Below are positions 26,845 through 39,000 of a stretch of DNA of 64,000 nt, piece by piece. The notes under the pieces were generated by a model. It had not been told where the DNA came from. It worked only from the letters and a program-made list of their open reading frames with translations, and made no database searches. The stretch spans positions 1,325,500 through 1,389,499 of the forward strand of contig CM082587.2 of the NCBI GenBank assembly GCA_040954595.2, given 5' to 3'. The DNA comes from Balanoglossus misakiensis (lineage: Eukaryota; Animalia; Hemichordata). Every line of letters begins with the position of its first letter. Positions within the stretch are counted from its first letter, which is position 1. The position numbers and the translations under genes were made by a program.

Positions 26845-28650
26845 AAATAAATTTGGCGTTTTCGTATTGCAGGTGAGGTGAGGATGTACTGGCCAGACAA
26901 GCGGGTTGGTCTCTATCTCTTCGCAAGTCTGGAACCCGATGACATTCAGATAATTAGTTGTGACGTTCGGAAAAACCATGATACTTCGCTAGCCCGTTGG
27001 AAAATTTACCCGGTAATATTCACGCCTAATGTCTTTAATAAAATAATCTTACTCTGCCGAGTCTTTTCAAATTATTTCAGTTTCAAATTGAGGTTCTGTG
27101 TCGTGTTGTAAACTCTACATTTATTCTAGTTTCATACCAAGCTTGACTTGTGTTACTTCTGCTTCTGAACAGAATCCGTTAATAGAAAGACCTCAGAGTG
27201 ACCTCATCCCAGATTCCTGGTTCTCGCAGAGTGGTCACCATGAAAAGATCCTCAACGAAGCATTTCTGAAGCAATATAGTTCAAGTTGCACCTCTGAATG
27301 GGAATGTAACGTGTCCGGAATCACCATCGATGTGTTTTCGTTCTATATCCGCCTCAAGCCAACCGGTCAGTAGTTGTGTCGACGTTGTCAGCATAGCACA
27401 ACAGAACAGAACAGAACACAACACTTACACTACAGCTGAGTACATAACAGCAACGCCAGATAGACAGACATACATACAGACAAACAGACAGGCAGATGGG
27501 TGGGTGGGTTAATTGGCACTTACTTATACAAAGATTGATACCTATTTTTTTGCGAAAACTAGAATTTATCTTTCATGCCATGTACATTCATAGGATGTCC
27601 GTTCGGTAAATATGGCGGAAAATGTCAGTACCAGTGTATATGTCGAAATGGTGCGACGTGTCATCCATTCAATGGCGCCTGCAGATGCGGTCCGGGTTGG
27701 CAGGGACCTGATTGCACTATACGTAAGTTTGAATTATTTTCAGGTGTTGGTGCCTGTACTTTGCATATATTTGCATAATTCATGTATTCAAGTTGTCTGA
27801 CATTTTGAAAGTAAGGGGACATTCTGACTCCATAGAACATTCTCTGAAGTATTTGCACTTTAAAATTAACCACTGGTTTATCCTGATGAATTCATTATTT
27901 CCAAAATGGCCGATGATAATCGAAATTTGTTCTGTCGCGCAGCAAAACCTGAACTTCATGTTACACCTGGTGATATCACAGCCAATATTGACAGTCACGT
28001 GCGTCTCACGTGTACGTCCTACCATTACGATGTGAAGGTTATGGAGTGGTACATGCGTCGAAGTGATGATGAACTGGTCCCACTGCGCCAGGAATATGAG
28101 GTGTAAGTGTTCTTGATTTAATTAATTTCCCACTGGTGATCTTCAAAGTTTGTGGAGGGTGAAGTTTGAAATCAGAATAAAGAACATCAGCATACAATCT
28201 CTTGTCTATCAGGTCTGTTGAATTGGAGTTCATGAGAGCGGCTGAACATCACTCTGGTGTATATGAATGTCACATGACCGACATCAATAACAAGGTTAAA
28301 GTTCAAACGGTCAAAGTTACCATAAAAGGTAAGAATTTCAAAATGGCGACAATTTTGTGAACGACGAACAATTATAAATTTGATAATACTGAAGCTTGTG
28401 GGGAAAATGAGAAGGTACAGGAGAATGGAAGATGATTTAACTCGTAATACGATACAGACAGCAATTTTTTACACCGTCGTTCATCAACAGATTGTCAAGA
28501 AGGATTCTATGCCCCCAATTGTGACCGAAGATGTAACTGTCAACATGGCGCTTCCTGTGACCGCATGCTTGGGTGTGTCTGTCACCATGGATACTATGGT
28601 TCCAACTGTGAGCACCGTAAGTGTTGTTCACTATTTGAATATTATGTAAC

Positions 28651-28686
<36 letters not shown>

Positions 28687-29499
28687 TATAGGAATAGCGC
28701 CCGTGTTCGAACACGGGAGCCCATGTGTGAACACGGAGCAAAATATGGTCTTGCCTCATCCCGTGTATTTATTTCTACAGAATGCAGATGTAGAAACAAC
28801 GGTACTTGTGACAAAGAAAGGGGTTCATGCACTTGTCAGGACGGAAACTGGGGTAGCGAGTGTCAGAATGACTGTCCCTGTGGGCCTGGGGTCAAATCGT
28901 GTGCTCAGAACACCGGAGAGTGTTACTGCAAAGCTGGTTGGGGAGGAGATTATTGTGAACGAAGTAAGTTACTCTGGAATTGCGAAATTCAAATCTCGTA
29001 TCCATTTTGAATTTTCTCTGTGCCAACATTGAACAAGAGATGCGCGTTTCTGATTTGGTTTAGTCACTTTTACGGACCCAAAATTCTTTCTTTGAACTTT
29101 CCCCTGATATTAAGATTATAAGACACAAGTTGGCACATAACTTTAAATGTCTTTTTTTTTCATCAAATACGTCTCCTCGGTATTTCAGGAACATCTGCTA
29201 GTCCTGTTGACCCTTACGAGAACCCTATTGGTTTCACAACCCTCATGGCTGGTCTGATCTGCGCAGCAACGATTATTGGAATGGTTGTAGTGTGTCTGGT
29301 CCTCCATTACCGCGACAAGATGCGCTACAACAGAATGTTCGTCCACTCACGTCACATGAGAAACGCCTTCGTTCGGCCCAGGCATGCGCACTTCGCAGCA
29401 GGCGAGCAGGAAGGCCTCTTGCCGGCGATGGACGATCCTGGTCAGATAACCAGCGAATCTGACGGCGAACTGAACGACGACAGCAAAATATTTGGATAA
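25118..29499 (+). CDS. Type-I membrane receptor A: signal peptide, cadherin-like repeat, unassigned domain, EGF-like, Ig, 3x EGF-like, TM, short tail; ~638 aa, 13 exons
   Basis: Exons: 25118-25175, 25710-25846, 25980-26087, 26287-26415, 26626-26752, 26873-27012, 27173-27365, 27594-27722, 27943-28102, 28213-28328, 28491-28616, 28781-28963, 29189-29499. GT-AG, in frame, 1917 nt. Signal peptide MLRVLAFVITCAVYFPISTG. Cadherin motifs IRENAEVGSEV, FRFNITAGVIAVAGLLDYH..NYILDI, VVIIDDPGWPP. EGF CPFGKYGGKCQYQCICRNGATCHPFNGAC. Ig VRLTC...EW...SGVYEC. TM LMAGLICAATIIGMVVVCLVL. Confidence 0.88.
26790..26844. repeat. (CT)n/(CGCT)n compound microsatellite in receptor A intron 5
   Basis: Direct reading of the sequence. 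Confidence 0.95.
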
Positions 29500-31169
29500 A
29501 GATTTGACGAATCAAAGTGAGATACGCATGGCGTCCACCAACAACGTACCTTGAAAATTACAATTATACAAGAGTAGTGATTGTATTGAAGATTATGTTC
29601 CGAGAATTTTGATATTTAATGTCCCAGAGAAGTGTGATCCTGCACCTTAAATAACCCCAAGTTAACATTGTATATTCGGATTCATGACATCATAAATAAC
29701 TTCTCGCTCAAAACAGAAACATTGGAAAATGTCTGGAAAACCTTGTTTTAAATGCACTATTCTTATGTCCTATAATAATAAACTTAATCTAGTAATTAAC
29801 CAATTTACATCTGTATTTCAGCGTAACATTACTCGGTAGGATGTGCGTAATCAAAATATGCAGTGATAACATCACAGAATTCCCATAGGCCTGGACACTT
29901 GTATCTGACAGAATGAATTATCAAACAAAAAAGAGAAGTCTTTCAGGGGTTACTATGGTTGTTTAGAAATGTCTTTCGTCTTGTTTGTTCGAAACCCATG
30001 TCACCTGTTGATTGTTTGCTGTGTGCGTTGGTGTATGCGACATATTGTCACGAGAGTGGCCATATTTTAACTATTTATGACGAAAACATACAGTACCTGA
30101 TCTTATTCAGGTAATCCCAGGCGCCTGGGTTAATACGATGATATGAACTGTGACTGAAGGTTTCGCCTTGCAAAGATTTGTATAATAAATGAGAGAAATG
30201 TTATTTTATATAGACACATCATAAATCAAAAAGTTTCCGGGTTCAAGATGGGATCAGCAGTTCAAACGAGGTCGCAAGATTTACGAAGAATTACACAGAC
30301 AAAACACAGAAAACGAAAACAAATAGTGACGACAAAATGGCGTCGATTTGAAGCCTGATATGCTGTAAAATGTACGCTTACTTAATGTCAAATCTTTCAA
30401 AAGAATCAGGGGAACTGAAACCAGCAAAAGACTGCTGGTTAATGTATGAATGTGACTGGGTCCTCAAGGTTGCCTATGAACAGTTGATTGCAATGTGTTC
30501 CCTAAACTCTTGTTTGTGGAACTGTTCACCTCGCCTGAGCAAATTCAAGTACAGTTCCGTGGGCGAATATCAAGAGTGAGAAACAGTGACAGAACCGGGA
30601 ACAGCACCAGGAAGGGACACTGTTCGTCTGTTCATACCAGACTATTTGCAAATGAAAGACATTCCAGTTCTGAATGGACCTGTTGTACGAGACGCGTACC
30701 TGCGGGCGAAAGTCACTCAGAAAATTCGACAAGTGTGAATAGTATGTCAAGAATGTGTCGTTTTTATTATGCATTCTGTGCCTTTTCACCCACAACAGAC
30801 ACGAGACGAACGCGGAAGTTTCGCTGTTTTATCTTCGTTACTTCACTTCGCTAAAATCCCAGAAGTGGTTTTGGGTCAGTCGCTTTGTCAATCAAGATGT
30901 CAAGTGGGCGGGTCCGAACAATCTTCTCTACCTTCTCAGTCCATATATGGAAATCTCACGTGACAGGCAGCGTTTGTCCAACCCAGACGACAGCAGAATA
31001 AAGTGATGTCGTAATTTCACTATTTTTACACCCGGATTTTCCATTAGTTCAGACAATTGACAGAATTTGTAGAGGGACTTATTCTAGCTGTTATCGTTCG
31101 GAAGTACGTTGCTTCAAAATTTACTCTTCCAAATATTCTGGTCGATGCACTGCGTATACACGAGCAATC

Positions 31170-34100
31170 ATGAATCTTTTCCACTATACGACGGTACTGT
31201 TCGCATGTATCTCTTGTGGTAAGTTGAAATCTACTCGATTTCTACATCTGTTGCTTAATTTTGAGTATCTAGCCTAGATAAAGACTGCGTAGCACCTTCG
31301 CTCGCCCAGCCTCTATGCAGAAGGCGTTTACATTCGAAAAGTAACAAATGAAACTTCCACCTGTCTGAAAAATCTTATGAATACATGTGAATAAGTTATA
31401 AAGTATGGTTCACCTTTTCAACGTAAAAGACGAAGAAATCCACCATAGTTTGGCTGAACAATATGTGTGTTAAGATTTCACATAAAGAAAAGTTTGTTGG
31501 ATCCAAAATTTGACCCTAGCTCGAAAGTTAGTATGAAGATAAAAAAGAGGAAGTAAACTGGTAGGAAAATACGTACGGTATTTGAATGGTGTTTAAGCGA
31601 CAGTAAAATTCCATTTCCCCCGCGGTCGGTCGTTTACGGGCCACTGATTCACAATCGAAGACCCTCTCCTGTTACCTATTCTTCTGTCATGGTTTCCTTG
31701 ATAACCGACGATCTTAAGTCCAACGGAACTTTAGATCAACTGTGGCACCGACCAACTCAGGTGACCATTTAGTAGTTGATTTACTACTTCAGTACTTGTT
31801 CGAATGCAAAAAGGAGACAGACTTCTCCATGCATGCGTGTAACTAAATAAGTCTTGTTTACCAGACCCCCTTTTCTTTTATCTGACTTCAAGTTCCTCAA
31901 ATTTGGACGTCGAGTGTCTGAACTATCCCCAATATCAGAGAAAAATTTGACAGTTTGAACCAAATCATGATGTCAATACCGCCACCATGCACCACGAATC
32001 CATTTACTTCGTTTTATTTGTAAACTGTATTTTCCAAATTCATATCCGCTTCTTCCCTTTCCAGGTTTTCTTGCTTCAGAAGTTCCATCTTGTGATAGAA
32101 AAGTTGTAATTAACGAGGTGAGTTCTTTTAAAATATCTTAAGAACAATGCTATGATCAGAATGGAAGAAAATATGTTCTTAGTAGAGGGTGTCCTGATTA
32201 TAGAGGTGTCCGTTGTGACTTTGTACAACAATTGCTAAATTGACTTTTTCTGATGTGTTTTGTTTCGTTGTCTTCTTTCCATGTTAGGATGCACCAATCG
32301 ATACAGCAGTGTGTAAAGTGCTCAATGTAGATTCGAGTTTAGTTGTAAATATTACTGGAGCCAGTAACAAGGTGGGTAGAAAGACTCTTGCTTTACTTTA
32401 TAGTCTTATTGCTTCTCTTCATAAACATCCATGTACCATAAGAAATGCAGGATTTGTTAAATCATTCCAAACATTCATTCACTTTATAGGATGACCGGTT
32501 TGGGATTAAGAAAATCGACGGAGATTGGACAGTGGTCGTTAAGCATCTCCTAGATTATCACAATGTCGGCCACTCTTACAGTTTAGAGATAAAATCGGTA
32601 GGTGTTTACTCAACAACAGCAGCGACAATTAAAGACATAATTATCATAATCGGAACAAAATAGGTGCGAATGTCTGGCAATGTACGCGAATTAGTTTTCA
32701 ATATAGGTCGTACGCCCGGGTCAACGTAAATTGTCTGACTCGCAAACCTGTTCCAAGAGTGCAGAGCGTTATCAACCAATCACAAGTGCTGGTCTACCTG
32801 TTTCAGTTGTGCGAAAAGTAATTGGCCAATCACGGTGTCGACATTAAAAGTCTGGCGCGTTTTCTGTATATATTTAAATTATATGGCCTTGCGGTAAACA
32901 AGCGTGTTAAATTAGTTTGGTCGCCATTTTGATTAGCAAGGTGAGTGAAGTCGCTGTAATTTTCTCTCGTGTGCGACCGTCTTGAATACTTTTCCTGGTG
33001 AGGAAAAACACGAAACACGTAGGATATTATACGCAACGAGACAAAAGTAAAACACTCATCGAAAATCGCCCGCACACGAGAGAGTATTTGCTGAGCGAAA
33101 TCTCTCGAATGACTTGCTCAGCTAAACTATGTTGCATGCGGCAGCCTTTAGAAAATTCTCAAGCCTGCCATGCAGCACACGAGGAAAATCAACTGAGTAC
33201 ATTTCCTTGAATGATTTTGCTCAGCTAATTTCTCTTGCCTATGTGCTGCGTCTCCCTACATGAAAATTTAAAATCCCAATTTTAGTAAAATCTGTTTATT
33301 TTTTCAAGGCTTCAAGCGAAGTCGCCAAAGTACAAATCGAAGTAGTGGACGTGTCTGGTTGGCCGCCGAAATTCAACTACGACTGCTCAAATACCATCAG
33401 AAAGACGGAACCGGTAAGAAAGAAAGACAGAAAGAGAGAGGGGGAGTGAGAGAGGGGGCAGAGAGGGGGAATGAAAGAGACAGAGCGTGATAGAGAGATT
33501 GAAAGAGGGAGGGAGGGGGGATCAAAACGAGGGAAAACGAATAAGAGAGGAGAGTGAAAGGGAATATCAGACACACCGGGTTATCATGTTTTCTTATCAC
33601 AAATTGTACCTCTTTTTTTCAGCCATGGGCCTTTGATGCCTTAGGGAAGGTTGACGCGCCGTTTTTGGGAGGAGATTATATTATGTCACGTGACACATCT
33701 TCAGATGGCCATTCAGTGTCGTTCAACATAGACAACGACCAATGTAAGTTAGTAAGATTTCTCTCTTCCCCCACTCGTTCACTTTTTCCTCCACCCCCGT
33801 CCGATCCGTCCCTCCTTCTTTAACCATATTCTACCATCTTCAAATCACCTTCAGACTACACCCCAAACCCCTCAATACTTTTATCGTTTACCTTTTCCAG
33901 GTCAAGTGAAAGCATACGGACGCATAAAGTATGAGAACAACACCATCATCGACATTGATAAACTTGTTCAGCAATTTATTCCTGACCGAGACGTGGACTG
34001 TCGTCCTACTTCGAAAGAAGATAAAAATCAGCGACCGAAGATCACCGTATACAAGGTATGGACATGGATAGAGGAGTTTTAGTGAACTTGAACTTGAGAC

Positions 34101-36083
34101 ACATAGAGAACGCGCAATGTGTGCCAAGCAAAGTATCAGCAACACTTCTAGATATATTGTTTTCCTGTTTTGCAGAACCCGAAGACAGATAGACCGAGTG
34201 ATCCTTACATATTTGCGGATTGGTTCACCGATGATAATCCAAACATACGATATGTCCTTATAGAACTTGATTTTTCACACGTTTACACCGAGATGATATC
34301 GTCGTGGACTTGTCAGGTGGAGACGCACATCATTGGTAAAGCGAATGCCACCCTGGATTTGGTGCCAACAGGTAAGGCGTTTTATTTGATGCACAAATAG
34401 AGTAAAAACTTAAACAGTCGTTTGTTATTATACTGAAAGACCTGCGATATATTTAATACTCTACTCTCCTTTCTTCATAAACTTAGGGTGCACTGACGGC
34501 AAATATGGCGGAAACTGCAAAAAAGACTGTGTTTGCCAAAACGGCGCCACGTGTCACCCGTTCAACGGCGCATGTGATTGTGCTCCAGGATTCAGAGCAC
34601 CAGACTGTACAATAAGTTTCGAAGAAGTCAGTATTAGTCCCAGACGACCTGTCGTGTACTTTGGCGACAACATAGAGCTGACGTGTAAAAAATATCACGT
34701 AGCCGAGGATATGGACTTCGAATGGAACTTCAACGAAGCACCAGTCAAAATCTCGCAGCGCGTGAGAGTGACGAAGTCTCGCGAGGGGTAGGTACTTTAC
34801 CTTGAAACCTATGCTACTGTTTTTTCGTAATTCTTTGTTTTCGTTTTTCGCAGATACTCAAATCCTTTTTGCTAACACTTCAGTCGATAAATGATTTCCC
34901 ATAAGCCTGAATTCTATTTTTCTCTTTCACTCATTCTCAGAACTACGTTGTCCATAAAGAAAGCCCGCGATGAAGAAATCGGACTTTACACCTGTGTTGG
35001 AAAGAAGAAGCGTTCGGGTTATGTTTTTACTAAAGAGGTCAAGTTAACTTTCGCCGGTAGGTACACGGGGGCGACTTGCTTCATAATCACAACAATCATG
35101 ATGAGTAGTGACATGTACATGTACATCCTGTACACGGGAGCTGACGTGTGCCTTGGTCCCCCGTGTTCAGGATCGGCGCGGCTACTGCTGATACGCATTC
35201 TTTCGTTTGAAATTTTGAATATGTATTTTGTTGTCTGATAGGTTGCCACGACAATCTTTGGGGCGCAGAGTGCAACACTACATGTGGCTGCACACACGAC
35301 GCGGTTTGTGATCGGTACAGCGGATGTTTGTGTGATGCCTATCATTGGTGGGGAAAAACCTGCGACAGACGTGAGTATTTGGAGAAAAAAACACAATAAT
35401 GACGCTCAAACGTTTATTCTAGATAGAATGTCTAAAATTGATCGCATTTGCCTTTTAATCATGCCGGGCAGAAAAAAATGAACGCTATCTACATCTTCGT
35501 TGCGAAGTTATTCCGCTTACATTAACCCACATTTGTAATTTTCAAATTGGTCACGCAGAATGTTACTGCGAAAGGAACGGAACTTGCGATAAGCAGGAAG
35601 GTTTCTGCCAATGTCTGGCTGGCACGTGGGGGAGACTTTGCCAACGTGAGTGCGACTGCGCAGAAGGAACACAAGAGTGCCACACCTCCGACGGGGAGTG
35701 TATCTGCAAGTTGGGTTGGTCTGGCGATAAGTGTGATTTTGGTAAGTTACGCATGCTGGATTTCCCCCCACGGATTTGTAGTGATGGTATGGTTTAATAT
35801 CAATGTAATTTCTTTTCGACAAAAAAGTTATTACTGTGTCCTGACATCACATTTATGTTTGTCTAAACTTTTTTTTTTTGCAGATTTAAAAAGGCCGGCA
35901 TTCATCGTCGGAGTAACTATTTCAGGCATTGTGGTACTGGTTATTGGCGCTATATTCGGTGTCAGGTGTTACCGTAGGAGGAAATACGAGAAGTTTCGAG
36001 ACAGCAAAAATATTCTATTCCACAAAGATGGAGAGGATTCAGACGACGAGGAGAACAGTGCCCTCTACGACAGAAGGCTTTAA
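31170..36083 (+). CDS. Type-I membrane receptor B, tandem paralogue of A with the same architecture; ~599 aa, 13 exons
   Basis: Exons: 31170-31218, 32065-32117, 32288-32371, 32490-32597, 33309-33413, 33623-33743, 33901-34055, 34176-34371, 34487-34787, 34941-35056, 35242-35370, 35559-35741, 35884-36083. GT-AG, in frame, 1800 nt. Signal peptide MNLFHYTTVLFACISCG. Cadherin motifs VINEDAPIDTAV, LLDYH..SYSLEI, VQIEVVDVSGWPPKF. EGF GKYGGNCKKDCVCQNGATCHPFNGAC. Ig IELTC...EW...IGLYTC. TM AFIVGVTISGIVVLVIGAIFGV. Exons of 108, 116 and 183 nt match the lengths of the corresponding exons in gene A. Confidence 0.88.
32702..32832 (+). repeat. Dispersed repeat, copy 2, in intron 4 of receptor B
   Basis: Diverged copy of 10088-10232 in the same orientation. 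Confidence 0.75.
33416..33555. repeat. GA-rich polypurine low-complexity tract in receptor B intron 5
   Basis: Direct reading of the sequence. Confidence 0.8.
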
Positions 36084-39000
36084 AGAGACAAGAGAGTCCG
36101 TTTGCGTTGTCAAGTAATGGTCAATAAAATGGATGCACTTGTACTAGCTTTGAAAGCTGCTAAAGATAAGGTAACATCAAATGGTGGCAGACCATTTGAT
36201 CAAAGCATTATTGCCTTAGGGATTTGGCCCTAACTCTTTCTTGTTTTGGCTTGTAACGAGGGTACATTTTTCCTGGTACGTTTTTTTCGCTGTAGAATAT
36301 AATGGTGATTTATGCGCGGAAATGAAATCTGGCGTCAAAAGTTGGGCAAACTTTGACCTTTATGTCAAAGGTCAAGCGAAAGATACTACATTATCAGACG
36401 TAACCACTAATCAATTTAATGTCATACATTTTCCGTATTTCATATTGAAGCGGTAACAACTTCAACACATACACATTTTTACAACAAATTCGCGAATGAT
36501 TTGTAAATAAGCCTCAAAACTGTTGGGTCCCTTCAAATAGCGACCTGCCGGAGAGTGTAACAGCGAATTAGTTGGCAAACCATATGAGCAGTAAAAAGAC
36601 GGTGTATATGTTCGAATATTCACCATCTAAAATTTCGGCCTGCCGGTATAAATAATGACGTCATACCAGTACATTATAGAAGTCAACGGGTCGTGCCTAT
36701 GCTAATCTCGGAGACACGACCTTCTTAGATGTAATACTTTCAACATGCGCATTATATTGTTACTTAGAGAAAAAAAAGGAAGAACGCTTGACTGAACATG
36801 GAGTGTTGCCGGCTGCTTGGGGCATGCAATACAATGTGCACCAGCCCTCACATAATCACGTGTAAGGGAATCTTTGTACCTATAGCAACGAAAAAAAAAC
36901 AGTCGGGACGTTGAGCTATGAAAAGGCGCTTTACTTTTGCAACGAGACAACTCGGCTGATCAAGTATATGACCGTGTCTAAAAGCCCGGTGATTCTTAAT
37001 CGTTTTAACGCCATTTAGTAGCAATGTAATTGAGTTTAATGAGACAATGAACGCAATTTCCAACCATTAAATGATGTACATTAGTGGGCGAGTTTTATGT
37101 GTGAATGAGTGAGTGTATGTGCGTGTGGAAGGGAGGGAGGCAACGAGTCTTCCTAAAGCGCAATCAAGCGCAAAATGAGATAGAAGGCTATCAACGAGCA
37201 GATAAATATCGTTCTGGACCCCGTGCCGGGTTTTTGAAAGGGATCGAAACTGTCACAGTACGCCGCATTTCCGTTGCCAAGGTTTCCCCCTTGAAAATGA
37301 TTCGGCTATTGGTTGGCTCTCGTTCTGATGGCCCGCATCCACGTGCACGCCGATCCGCTACAAACACGGAGGCCGCGCGCGCCTGGTCACATGGCAACGG
37401 GAAGCACCGTCGGTCGCGTTGCCAAGAGACGCGACGACCCTGGACTCTGGCATGCATGAAAAGATAGCAGCGCGCTCTTCTTCCTCTTCGCGAAAAATCT
37501 TGACAGAGATTTTTTGCCCTTCGTATTTCCGTGATGGCTTTTCCGTGCTAAAATAGCGGTTACTTGGCTTCTATTTAGAAGTGAAGAATTAGCCAAAATT
37601 TGTTTAAAGAAAAACACGTTTCTGGTTATCACGGCTTTTAGCCAATAATGTGGCGAACGCACGAATTTCCGTCCCAGCCAGTGTCTATCTACTATCAATG
37701 TTTTTACTGTTTGTTAAACAGTTGATGATTGCATGTATTGACAAACTTCTTCCTCTGCAAGAATATTCCTGCTGGCAGATTGTCATTTCTTGCAAATATC
37801 TCAGATATAGGTTTAAGCTAACTCAGAGGATGTGCTTACTAACTATACAAATTGATTTGTCAGACAGAAAAACTCCGCGTTTACTGAGTGAATGTTATTA
37901 CATTAGCTGTACGTATTGTCGGTTAATCCATGCAGGTCCACGGTCAATCACACATGGGTTACAGAGTCTCAGCGGAAGGTCAGTCTTTGTCCAACTGAAC
38001 TCTGCCAGATTGGACAAAAAGGGCTTGTTTCAAAACTTGGCCCAGCGTGAAGATTTTGACAATCGTGTGTGCGGTTCGAGCGCTTGATATTGTCGTCCAG
38101 GGAGACGGCTCCGGGATGGGTGGAATTTGCAGACTTTTATAGCACGGACACAGTGGGACGCGGCGCGCTTCCATCGGGCCCACTTGCAAATCTTACTACA
38201 GAAGATCGGGGCGTTGGAAAGTGAATGATAACTTGTAAAACGGGTTGAAGAACAATTGGTATACGTACGTCCGTTGCCAACAGTAACACTTGCATTTCTT
38301 CGTATCTCTATGCGGACACCGCAGGGGTCTTGGCCTTGGGGAGCATTAATGAGGGGACGGGGGGAACGCATGTGATATCGAGAGGCATGTACCACGAATA
38401 CTCGAAGCGCAAAGCTAGGCTGCCTCCGCACCCTGCGGAATCGGGTCGTGTTTTGTCGCTTTTCTTAAATCAAATTTGACTGTTGACGTTATAGAAGGAA
38501 AGCAACATTATTGACATCAAGACCAAACTTCGGAAAGGTCATTTCATTTATAGCATAAAAACATAGCTCCGGGTAGCATCATGTTCCCCCCCTTCCTCGA
38601 GCGATCACTTCCGCGCGCCATATTGCTCTTTACCTCCCGTTTACCCAATTTCGAATATCCTATTGTTTCTCGGGTTTGAAGTACGTGTTTCTGCAAACTT
38701 CAAAAATAAAATCTGCCGTATAGTCTCCAATATGGTGTACCAGTCGTTTCGAAACTTGAATGCTATCGAGTTACGGGCCATACGGACCCGTGGGCCTACA
38801 GTAAGCCTCGGTAATGATTTATGTACGGCATGAGGTATAAGTCCTCTGGCAAACCAGGGTAAAATCCAGAGAAATGAAAATGACCATCTTTGATTGTGCC
38901 TGTCGTAAGTAAGCGTATACTCTTCCACATAAATATAACCCGCACGTCTGTAATTCACTTCGTATCACTTGTAGCAAGGTGTTAATTCTATCATAACTCT

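Noticed and set aside
25118-36083. Calling the receptors Tie, MEGF10/Draper or RET
   Set aside because: No kinase, FN3 or EMI domain and no NPxY motif; only the EGF repeats resemble those families.
37105-38431. Several 100-145 aa ORFs in the GC-richer region upstream of PRDM12
   Set aside because: Overlapping on both strands, with no recognisable motifs or consistent splice structure.
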